The notes under the pieces were generated by a model. That model was not told the origin of the DNA. It saw nothing but the letters and a program-made list of their open reading frames with translations, and made no database searches. From Octopus sinensis (Eukaryota): a stretch of DNA of 64,000 nucleotides. Shown here one piece after another: positions 1-9,540 of the stretch. The position numbers and the translations under genes were made by a program. The stretch is from contig NC_043010.1 of NCBI RefSeq assembly GCF_006345805.1, forward strand, positions 25,978,001 to 26,042,000, read 5' to 3'. Positions within the stretch are counted from its first letter, which is position 1. Each line of letters opens with the position of its first letter.

Positions 1-250
1 GACCGGAAGCTGGGGCAACCGGAAGGGGTCAGCCGTCAGGCGTGCGCAGAGAGCGGGCAATTGCGCCTTTTCCAAAGTGGGCCGTGCAGGTGACAAGACG
101 TGTGAGGACGTCGCTAAGGGTTTGGGCTAGCAGCTGCTATCGTTAGTGTTCGGGTCGGGGCTGTGTGGAAGGACTGGTCACCACTGGAGGGTCTCCGTCA
201 CTAAGAAGAGAAGGTAGGTGCCTCTATATTCAAATCGCGCACACACTACA
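1..250 (+). repeat. 5' LTR (partial; about 44 bp missing upstream of the window)
   Basis: Matches 3902-4151, ends ...CACACTACA. Confidence 0.92.
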
Positions 251-262
251 AGCTATTTCGGC
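251..262 (+). promoter_or_regulatory. Putative non-canonical primer-binding site complementary to nt 1-12 of tRNA-Phe(GAA)
   Basis: AGCTATTTCGGC directly after the LTR is the reverse complement of GCCGAAATAGCT, the recalled 5' end of human/Drosophila tRNA-Phe; no TGG-type PBS is present. Confidence 0.6.
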
Positions 263-294
263 CGTTCTTAAACATTTACATTTTTTTCAACACG

Positions 295-1052
295 ATGTCT
301 GCAAAAATTAGGATCGCCAGTGACGTCGTCAGACCTTTTAATGGCGAAGGCGATGTAGTGGCCTGGATTCGCAAAATCAGGCTGGTGGCAAGACTGCAGG
401 GCATAAGTGACGTGGCGAGTCTTATGGCGCTGTACTTAGAAGGGAGCGCGTTAACGCTCTACCTAGAGATGGATGAAGAGGAACGGCTCAGCGAGGAGAA
501 TATAGAGCGACGCTTGCGTGATGCCTACACGGAATGCGAGTACACAGCTTTTGCTAAGCTAGGTGCAATCAGGTGGACGGGAGGCCAAGTGGATGACTTT
601 ACATCAGAAGTTAGAAGGCTAGCGACTCTGGCCGGGTTTGCGGGAGAAGGACTGGAGAGAGCAGCCCGACTGGCGTTCGTGAATGGGTTCCCCGACGATG
701 TAGGGATTCACCTACAACGACTGCCCGGGGTTAAAAAGATGCCGTTGAGCGAACTTGTAACTCAGGTTCGCGTGTTGACGAGACACTCTGGGCGGAAGGC
801 GATAGCGATGGCGGTGACGGAGGCGCGTAAAGACGTCCCGAGAAAGAGGTACAGAAGCTTACCGTGCAACGAGAGCGGCCGTTCTCAGGACGGTGTTTTA
901 GATGCCAGGGACCGCACATGGCGCGGGACTGTACGCAGCCGGGGCCCGTTTACTATCGATGCAGGCACACAGGGCACATTACCCGTGATTGCGACCAAGG
1001 AAACGACCGCGGGGAAGTTGCTGCCTCTCGAACTTTCCCCTCAAACGAGTAG
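295..1052 (+). pseudogene. gag: gag with two CCHC zinc knuckles, one frameshift between about 831 and 885
   Basis: ORF 295 capsid-like region; frame 864-1052 has CFRCQGPHMARDC and (Y)YRCRHTGHITRDC; TAA at 828-830 closes that frame upstream. Confidence 0.85.
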
Positions 1053-3844
1053 AGGCGCTATTGGAGACGCTGCCATTGATTGACGTGGAGGCCGAGGGGG
1101 AGACGTTCAAGGCCCTTGTGGATACGGGCTGTACGACCACCCTGGTGACTTCGAGGGTGACGAAGGAATGGAACGGGGTGAGTAGTGTCCGGGCGGTCGA
1201 CGGCAGCGAAATCCGTTGCAGAGGCAGCAGCAAGATAGAGATAGTGGTGCGCGGCGCGACGCTAAGGCTGCAGGCAATTGTGGCCGAACGCGTGATAGAT
1301 GGAGTTGATGTGGTGATGGGGATGGACGCCATCAACTGCCTCGGTGGCGTCAGTGTTGTGGGAAATGAGGTCACGTTCGGAAGCGTGGGGGCGTCGTGCA
1401 CTGCGAGTCAGGATCGCCAGAGAGAGCAGAGCCCCGCGAGGGACTGCGCCGCTTACACCATCGAGGACAAAGACTTTCAGGCGGCGTTCGATGGTCAGCG
1501 GTGGACGATAGAGTGGCGATGGAAGGACGAGCCCCCGACGCTGGAGAACAGGGTGAGCTGTTACCAGCATACCCTGAAAGGCCACGCCAGGGTCGAGTTT
1601 GAAGACGAGGTGGAAAGGTGGATCGAGGAAGGGGTCCTTGTCCCTTGGAAGGAGGAGGTAGCGGGCGGAGTGCTACCCCTGATGGCGGTGGTGCAGCCTA
1701 CGAAGGGAAAAGTCAGACCGGTACTGGACTTCAGGGAGCTAAACCAGCACATATCGTGTCACACGGGAAGTGAGGCGACAGACGTTTGTGGCGAGGCATT
1801 ACGTAAGTGGAGACAGTCGACTGAGGCAGCGACGATTGTCGACTTGAGATCGGCATACTTGCAGCTCCATGTGAGCGACAAACTGTGGCGATATCAGTTG
1901 GTGCGGTACAAGGGCCGGACGTACTGTCTAACCAGGCTGGGTTTCGGACTGAATTCCGCTCCGAAGATCATGGCGGCAGTGCTTAGGTCCGTCCTAGGGA
2001 AAGACGGCAAGATTAGAAAGGCCACCAGCTCCTACATTGACGACATTTTGGTGGACGAAACTGTAGTGCCAGTCGACGAGGTAGTTAGACATCTGGAGAA
2101 GTTCGGACTGATTGCTAAGCCACCGGAGTCGATTGAAGGGGGAGCCGCGCTGGGGCTGAAGCTGCAAAGAGATGGATCAGGTGAATTGGTGTTCCGGAGA
2201 GGAAATGAAATCCCAGAGCTGAGTTCCAGCGTCAGCAGGAGAGAGCTGTTCTCGGTGTGTGGGAAGTTGGTCGGTCACTACCCGATCGCTGGATGGCTGC
2301 GCATGGCGTGTAGTTACACCAAGAGACGAGCAGAAGGAGAGAGGTGGGGCGACAAGGTGGGAGAAGGGGCGGTGGCGATGATGCAGGAGATCCTAGAGAG
2401 GACAAGAGCGGAAGACCCGGTCAGGGGGAACTGGTACGTGCCCAATACGAAATGCGGGACCGTCTGGTGTGATGCTAGCAGTATAGCGATAGGGGTGGAG
2501 TTGGCAATCGAAGGCACTGCGGTGGAGGACGCGGCCTGGCTTCGGAGAGCAGATGATTTCAACCACATCAATGTCGCCGAATTAGACGCGCTGCTGAAAG
2601 GGGTGAACTTGGCCTTGAAATGGGGGCTGCGCACGATTGAAATCCGGACGGATTCGGCCACTGTGCTTGGCTGGGTAGGATCGGTGATCACCGGTGACAG
2701 GAGAGTGCGGACGAAAGGTGCTGCGGAGATGTTAGTGAAGCGCCGTCTAGGAGTTCTAGGTGAGTTCGGACTGATGCTGAACGTGGTTTTTCGTGCCTTC
2801 GGAGAAAAACAGGGCGGACGTACTGACCAGGGTGAAAAGAGCGTGGTTGGAAGAACCGGAGGAGGCCCGGAAAGGGATAGCTGCGACGTGTCGGTTGGAT
2901 GACTCTGAACTGAAGAAACTGCATGCTATGCATCACCTGGGTGTCGACAGGACCCTGTATCTGGCAAAAAAAAATTGATGCTGACGTCACTAGGAGAAGC
3001 GTCCGGAAGGTGGTCGGGAGCTGCGACAGGTGTCAGTCCATCGACCCTGCTCCGTGTGGGCATGAACAGGGAAGCCTTTCCGTGGAGCAGAACTGGAAAA
3101 GGCTAGCTGTGGATGTGACACACTACCGTCAGTGAATGTACCTCTCCATGGTCGACTGCGGGCCGGGCCGGCTGGCCATTTGGATGGAGTTGAGATCGGG
3201 CATTGCTGACGAGATCGCGCAGATCCTGAACGGGATATTTTTAGAGAGAGGTCCCGTGGAAGAACTACTGATGGACAACGGGGCGGCGTTTCGTTCGGAA
3301 GCATTGAGGGTTATGCTTGATCGGTGGAATGTGCGACGCTTGTTCAGAGCAGCGTATAGGCCGAGCGGTAACGGGATCGTGGAGAGGCACCATCGGACAG
3401 TCAAGGCCATAGCAGAAAGAGGGCACATTTCGCCGCTTGAAGCAGTTTTTTGGTACAACTTGTCTCCCCGATCCGGACAAGCTGAGGAATCTGTGCCGCA
3501 GAGAGCTGTGTTCAAATATGAATGGAGGCACCCGAGCAAAGCGCCGGAGGGTCACGAGGAAGAGAAGGGACCCGTTTGCGTGAAAATAGGGGAGGAAGTC
3601 TGGGTCAAGCTGTACGTCTCAATGGAGCAGAGGAACGGTGACGGCGATCAATTCCAGAAGCAACGTATCCGTAGATGGAACACCACGACACGTCTTGGAC
3701 CTTCGCAGGATTGTTGTTTCGACGGACGATGATTCTGGAGAGGGAGAGAACGAGGAGCCCAGCTTGAGAAGATCTCGACGAGCAAGGCGCTCTCCCAGTT
3801 GGATGGTGGACTACAACATGGAGCGGAGAGATTGTGATCTTTAA
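989..3844 (+). pseudogene. pol: pol: aspartic protease, RT, RNase H, integrase; frameshifts at about 2790, 2970 and 3610, nonsense codon 3133-3135
   Basis: LVDTG; VDLRSAYLQ, LGFGLNSAP, SYIDDILV; WCDAS..AEL..RTDS; HAMHH..CDRC; AVDVT..MDNG..IVERHH; LRRSRR..PSW..DY tail. Confidence 0.92.
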
Positions 3845-3857
3845 GATCAGGGTGGCG
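3843..3857 (+). promoter_or_regulatory. Probable polypurine tract
   Basis: AAGATCAGGGTGGCG (11 of 15 purines) immediately 5' of the TGT start of the 3' LTR. Confidence 0.45.
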
Positions 3858-4151
3858 TGTGGGATGACGTCAGCAGCTGGACGTCAGCAGCGCGGTGCGT
3901 TGACCGGAAGCTGGGGCAACCGGAAGGGGTCAGCCGTCAGGCGTGCGCAGAGAGCGGGCAATTGCGCCTTTTCCAACGTGGGTTGTGCAGGTGACAAGAC
4001 GTGTGAGGACGTCGCTAAGGGTTTGGGCTAGCAGCTGCTATCGTTAGTGTTCGGGTCGGGGCTGTGTGGAAGGACTGGTCACCACTGGAGGGTCTCCGTC
4101 ATTAAGAAGAGAAGGTAGGTGCCTCTATATTCAAATCGCGCACACACTACA
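3858..4151 (+). repeat. 3' LTR, 294 bp, TGT...ACA termini
   Basis: Starts TGTGGG after the PPT, ends CTACA; direct repeat of 1-250. Confidence 0.88.
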
Positions 4152-4560
4152 ACTGTGACATGCAACGTTGAACAAATTAGTTTAGATTCTTTAATACAAT
4201 AATAAATTTTTTTTTTAACCCAGCTATCAATAAAGATGGATGAGGGATGGATAAAGGAAATTTTACTGAATGGGAAGGAATTTAAAAAGTAGTGAACATT
4301 GCAAGGGAGATAACTCCCCAGCTTTGTTGGCCACATATGTTTGAAACTCTTTTCAAGAATTTATTTTATTTGGAGAGAACATATATATATTATCCTTTAT
4401 TAATTTATCTGACATGATATATATATTTCTTGATTTCAGAAGAAGCAGAAGTCTTGCAGCGTTAAGAAGATATTGAATGCAGATATGATTTATCTATGGA
4501 GTTGTTTAAGAATAACCTTATATGGTTATAAAATTTTGCAAAGGAAAAGTTTATATTTAC

Positions 4561-4774
4561 TCTTTACTCTTTTACTTGTTTCAGTCATTTGACTGTGGCC
4601 ATGCTGGGGCACTGCCTTTAGTCGAGCAAATCGACCCCAGGATTTATTCTTTGTAAGCCTAGTACTTATTCTATCGGTCTTTCTTTTGCCGAACTGCTAA
4701 GTTACGGGGACGTAAACACACCAGCATCAGTTGTCAAGCGATGTTGGGGGAAAAACACAGACACACAAACATAC

Positions 4775-4814
<40 letters not shown>

Positions 4815-5010
4815 ACACACACACACACACAAACACATATATATATATGACGGGCTTCTTTCAGTTTCCGATTACCAAATCCACTCACAAGGCTTTGGTC
4901 AGCCCGAGGCTATAGTAGAAGACACTTCCCCAAGGTGCCATGCAGTGGGACTGAATCCGGAACCATGTGGTTGGTAAGCAAGCTATTTACTACACAGCCA
5001 TTCCTGCGCC
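4561..5010 (-). mobile_element. tRNA-derived composite SINE, family 1 (CR1-type tail)
   Basis: tRNA-like head (GGCTGTGTRGTAAG..GGTTCCGG..TTCAGTCCC), internal (CA)n, tail GGCRGTGC..CAGCATGGCCACAGTCAAATGACTGAAAC-(AAGAGTA)n; many copies in the window. Confidence 0.8.
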
Positions 5011-5414
5011 TTGTATGAATACGTTATTATTGTATTATTATTGTATGAATACGTTATTATAAGTAATTGTTTTATTAGTCCATGGAAAACATAAAGCACA
5101 TTGTACGATTTGGACTCAGAACTGTAACAAAAATCCCCAGATAAGGCGATAGCAAGAATAAAAAAAAGCACTTGAATATCTCGTTTTTATGAGTGTATGA
5201 TGAGCAATGAGCTTGGCAGAAACCATCACCTTTCAAACAACTTCGGTTCTCCTAATGTTCGGGTAAATTTGAACTAAGCGCTATAAGTTAAAGAAGTATA
5301 ACAGCATTAAGTTGCACTAATCAATGATACTCATTCACATCTATGCAGGCTTTTATAAGGAAATACCCTACAACAAATCACCAGCCATTTGCCTAACAAC
5401 TTTGTATGTTGCAG

Positions 5415-5484
5415 ACAGCAGTGGCTTTCTAGTGAAGGTCTCACTGAATTTGATGCTACACATTTTGAATCTAGAATGTTATGG
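5415..5484 (+). CDS. Candidate internal exon of an unidentified host gene (QQWLSSEGLTEFDATHFESRMLW)
   Basis: ttgcag acceptor, consensus gtaagt donor, open frame; no partner exons confirmed. Confidence 0.3.
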
Positions 5485-5728
5485 GTAAGTCTAATGTAAT
5501 AACACCATCAACCAATAAACTCACTGGACATAAGTTAGAATAAGAAGAGTAATAAACGAGTGAAGAACAAATAAATAGTGCGTGTGTTTATTTGACAAAA
5601 AAACAAAAATTACCATCCTGAAATACAACAATATCTGTTTCAACACACAATTTCACATCAGGAATCTTGCAACACAAACTGATAAACGTGTGTGTGTGTA
5701 TATATATACACACACACACATATATACA

Positions 5729-6113
5729 GTGGCTGTATGGTAAGTAGTTTGCTTACCAACCACATGGTTCCGGGTTCAGTCCCACTGCGTGGCACCGTCG
5801 GCAAGTGTCTTCTACTATAGACTCGGGCCAACCAAAGCCTTATGGGTGGATTTGGTAGACGGAAACTGAAAGAAGCTCGTCATATACATATATATATGTA
5901 TGTATGTATATGTTTGTGGGTCTGTGTTTGTCCCCCCAACATCACTTGACAACTGATGCTAGTGTGTTTATGTCCCCATCACTTAGCGGTTCAGCAAGAG
6001 AGACCGATAGAATAAGTACTAGGCTTACAAAGAATAAGTCCTGGGGTCGATTTGCTTGACTAAAGGCAGTGCTCCAGCATGACTGGAGTCAAATGACTGA
6101 AAAAATAAAAGAA
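5729..6113 (+). mobile_element. SINE family 1 copy
   Basis: Same head, body and tail as 4561-5010, opposite orientation. Confidence 0.8.
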
Positions 6114-6391
6114 TATGAAGCTCATCTATGAGAACATAGCTACCATATCAAGCTAATCCATGAGTACAGGCTATCAGGCAAGATAGTAACCCAAACAAAT
6201 GTCTGAAAATCCAAAAATATCTATGGAATTTTTACAATTACAAGCAAGAAGAATGGAGAGAAAAAGTCTTTTTATTACATCAATACATACATATATATAT
6301 AATACAGATAAGTGTGTATGTGTGTATATATTGCATCAGTCATATTTCATATATTCAAAAAGAGGCATACTCTAAAACAGTACAGCTGTAA

Positions 6392-6729
6392 TATTTAGAA
6401 GATTATTGGTTATGGCCAGTCAGATTGTGAGCATTGTTTTCACACTTATAAAGTGCTTAGCTGTATAGGTGACTCATCAAACTCAAATGGCCGGATACAC
6501 GTAACCTCTCCACAACTGGAGGGAAAAGCACATCATGGTCAGTTAATTTTAAAAAAATTCTGGGATGAAACTCTACTGGGTGAAGCAGAGTCATTCTACT
6601 TAGATCAGTTCCTATTCTGTCCATGATGCCAGCCAAAGACGTCTGAAGGTGGTAACATTTCTCTAGTTGACAAATGGGGAATTCTATGTTTCCAAAAGGA
6701 ATTTCTTCTGAAGAGGACACTGACTAAAT
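6392..6729. repeat. 338-bp non-TE-looking segment duplicated at 12501-12842
   Basis: Direct alignment by eye: 3 substitutions and one 4-nt indel. Confidence 0.9.
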
Positions 6730-7191
6730 TCCTCATTTTGGAGTTTAAAAAGGTCCCTGTGTCAAGTGAGTTTTTCAGGATTCTTACTCTTTCAACCAAG
6801 CAAAGCCTATATTGTTTGCTCCCATAGAGGTAGAGCCCTGGTTGTTCTAGAAGCATCCATTGAATTTTGTATGGTATACTCTCCTTTTTTAAACAGCATA
6901 CACAGCTGCCCAGCAACATGATGTTAAACCTCTCTGGTATGCTAAAGGAGAACCTGTGATTGCTTAGATGGTACTTAAACAAGCCGCCTGTAGAACTGAC
7001 ATATTTCTGTGACTATGCCCTTGTGCTGGTAGCATTATTGTTGCTGTTGTGGATGTTGCTGTCACTACCAAAGCTGTTGTCACTGTCAGACCCATTTCAG
7101 TGCAAGAGCAATGGATGTGTTTCATCTTTGTTGAGTCTTGTCAATGATGTGCACTGATCTCACCACCCACTTAGGTGAAATTTGTACCTTT

Positions 7192-7228
<37 letters not shown>

Positions 7229-7597
7229 CAGAGAGAGATAGAGAGGTCTAATGGATGTGAAATCAGCAAAAAAAAGGTACTCTATCTAGTGAGAGATAAA
7301 TATCACTTGAATACTGAACCACAAAAGAAATACTAATAATTTCATGTTCTATTGACATGTTAAATTTAAAAAAAAACTACTTTCACACAGTCCAGCATCC
7401 TGGTTTTTAGAATACATCCACCTCATAAAACAGAGCCTGAAAGATTGCTTGGAGATAAATAGCATGTTTTATAAATCTGAAAATTTAAAGTAGAGAAACT
7501 GCACGAAACTATTAGTAGCTCTTTTGTAATTGTGTGTATATATTTCAAAAATATAATTACGCATTGACTGTTGGTGATTTTTACCTCCTTCTTCCTT

Positions 7598-7634
7598 TGT
7601 TTCTGATGAAGAGCTATGCTTGAAACATAAAACA
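7598..7634 (+). ncRNA. Decayed minimal type I hammerhead ribozyme (Penelope-like pLTR type)
   Basis: TGTTT-CTGATGA-A-GAGC/tat/GCTT-GAAA-CATA-AAACA; stem III palindrome ACGT apparently mutated to ACAT. Confidence 0.4.
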
Positions 7635-7735
7635 TCACTCTTCCCTTCTCTGAATGACTTATTAATATTTTGCTTGTGCTACATCCTCATGTTGTTGTTT
7701 TTTCTCTCCAGTATTTTAATTAACTATATATATAT

Positions 7736-8113
7736 ATATTTAATCACATCAAAGGGAAATGGAAATTAATAGAAATTTTCATTTTCAGTGGCCTAGCATG
7801 TAAAAATTTAGTCCAAAGACTATGTATTAGTCATAAAATACAGTGTACATTTAAATTGGTCCAGGAAATTAGATGGTAAAATGTTTTTATTTTTCTTATT
7901 TCGTTCCTGTTGAATTTTATCCCTAATTTTGTGGTTATAGAACCTAGCTGTTCTTTCTAGCGAGTCGAATCCCATGAGTGGATTCCTTATGTGTTTAAAT
8001 GTACACTGCATTTTATGACTAATACATAGTCTTTGGACTAAATTTTTACATGCTAGGCCACTGGAAATGGAAATTTTTATTAATTTCCATTTTGCTTTGA
8101 TATGATTAAATAT
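7736..8113. mobile_element. MITE-like palindromic element, about 120-bp arms; spacer duplicated at about 8336-8495
   Basis: 7736-7856 is the near-perfect reverse complement of about 7993-8113. Confidence 0.75.
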
Positions 8114-8574
8114 TGTAAGTTTTTGGATAATTTTCACTTTTTTAAAAGTTGGCATTTTTTTATTGCCGGTGAAGGACTGCGTTTGCGCAGTAGATTTTGA
8201 AAAAATTAGGATGTATAAACAAGAGGCACGCAGTTGATCACCTCGTGTTTATATATCTAATCTAAGGTGTACCTGTTGAAAATGATTTCATCTCGTGAGT
8301 AAAAGTTATTTACTTGCTAAACTAAAATCAGAAACCAATTGGTCCAGGAAATTAGATGGTAAAATGTTTTTATTTTTTCATTTCGTTCCTGTTGAATTTT
8401 ATCCCTAATTTTGTGGTTATAGAACCTAGCTGTTCTTTCTAGCAGGTTGAATCCCATGAGTGGATTCCTTATGTGTTTAAATATACACTGTATTTTATAT
8501 ATATATGTATATATATATATACATATACATATATATATTTCTTTAATGCCCATGGGGGCACTAATCATGGAGAG

Positions 8575-8770
8575 GGCAAACAAGGACGGACAAAGGGATT
8601 AAGTCGATTACATCAACTCAGTGCATAACTGGTTCTTATTTAATTGATCCCAAAAGGATGAAAGGTGAAGTTGACCTCAGTGGAATTTGAACACAGAGCG
8701 TAACGGCAGAAGAAATACCGCTATGCATTTCGCCCAGCATGCTAATGATTCTGCCAGCTTGCTGCCCTGT
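8575..8770 (-). mobile_element. tRNA-derived SINE, family 2 (central domain resembling Deu/Nin type)
   Basis: GGCAGCAAGCTGGCAGAA head and CACCTTTCATCCTTTTGGG..GATCAATTAA..AACCAGTT core; copies at 34862 and 56815; domain naming from memory. Confidence 0.7.
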
Positions 8771-8783
8771 ATATATCTGTATG

Positions 8784-8840
<57 letters not shown>

Positions 8841-9002
8841 TCATCATCATCATTGTTTAGCGTCCGCTTTCCATGCTAGCATGGGTTGGACGGGTCAACT
8901 GGGGTCTGTGAAGCTGGAAGGCTTCGTCAGGCCCAGTCAGATCTGGCAGTGTTTCTACGGCTGGATGCCCTTCCTAACGCCAACCACTCCGCGAGTGTAG
9001 TG

Positions 9003-9494
9003 GGTGTTTTTTACGTGCCACCTGCACAGGTGCCAGGCGATGCTGGCAATGGACACGAACGGATGGTGCTTTTACGTGCCACCGACACGGGGCCAGACAG
9101 AGCTGGCAAACGGCCACGAACGGACGGTGCTTTTACGTGTCAGCGGCACGGGGGCCAGCCGAGGCTGGCAACGGACACGAACGGATGGTGCTTTTACGTG
9201 CCACCGACACGGGGCCAGACAGAGCTGGCAAACGGCCACGAACGGATGGTGCTTTTACGTGCCACCGACACGGGGCCAGACAGAGCTGGCAAACGGCCAC
9301 GAACGGACGGTGCTTTTACGTGTCACCGGCACGGGGCCAGGCGAGGCTGGCAACGAACACAAACGGATGGTGCTTTTACGTGCCACCGACACGGGGCCAG
9401 GCAGAGCTGGCAAACGGCCACGAGCGAATGGTGCTTTTTACGTATCACCGGCACGGGTGCCAGATGAGGCTGACAGCGGACACGAACGGATGGG
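9003..9494. repeat. About 8 tandem units of 60-62 bp in the RTE 3' UTR
   Basis: Unit GGCAA(A)CGG(A/C)CACGAACGGA(T/C)GGTGCTTTTACGTG..CACCG(A/G)CACGGGGCCAG..(G)AG(G)CT. Confidence 0.92.
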
Positions 9495-9540
9495 TCACTT
9501 AACCCCTGCTTTCTGATATATGATTTGATTTTGATTGTTC

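Larger units (their letters stand above)
1..4151 (+). mobile_element. LTR retrotransposon (gag + PR-RT-RH-IN order, Ty3/Gypsy-like architecture), 5' end cut by window start, ORFs disrupted
   Basis: 1-250 repeats directly at 3902-4151 with 4 mismatches; retroviral-type gag, DTG protease, YIDD RT, RNase H and HHCC/DDE integrase motifs in between. Confidence 0.95.

Noticed and set aside
251-275. Tf1-type self-priming PBS or canonical tRNA 3'-end PBS
   Set aside because: No complement of the PBS anywhere in the complete 3' LTR, and no TGG start
1020-1052. Programmed -1 frameshift signal at the gag/pol overlap
   Set aside because: pol is in the -1 frame, but I found no canonical X XXY YYZ heptamer with Y = A or U, so the site cannot be supported
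6605-7157. ORFs 6605-6982, 6457-6720 and 6960-7157 as genes
   Set aside because: Neighbouring in-frame stops, no recognisable domain, and conflicting splice signals on both strands
9003-9494. CRISPR-like array of regularly spaced repeats
   Set aside because: The inter-repeat segments are themselves repeated (no unique spacers), there are no cas genes, and the array lies in a eukaryotic LINE 3' UTR
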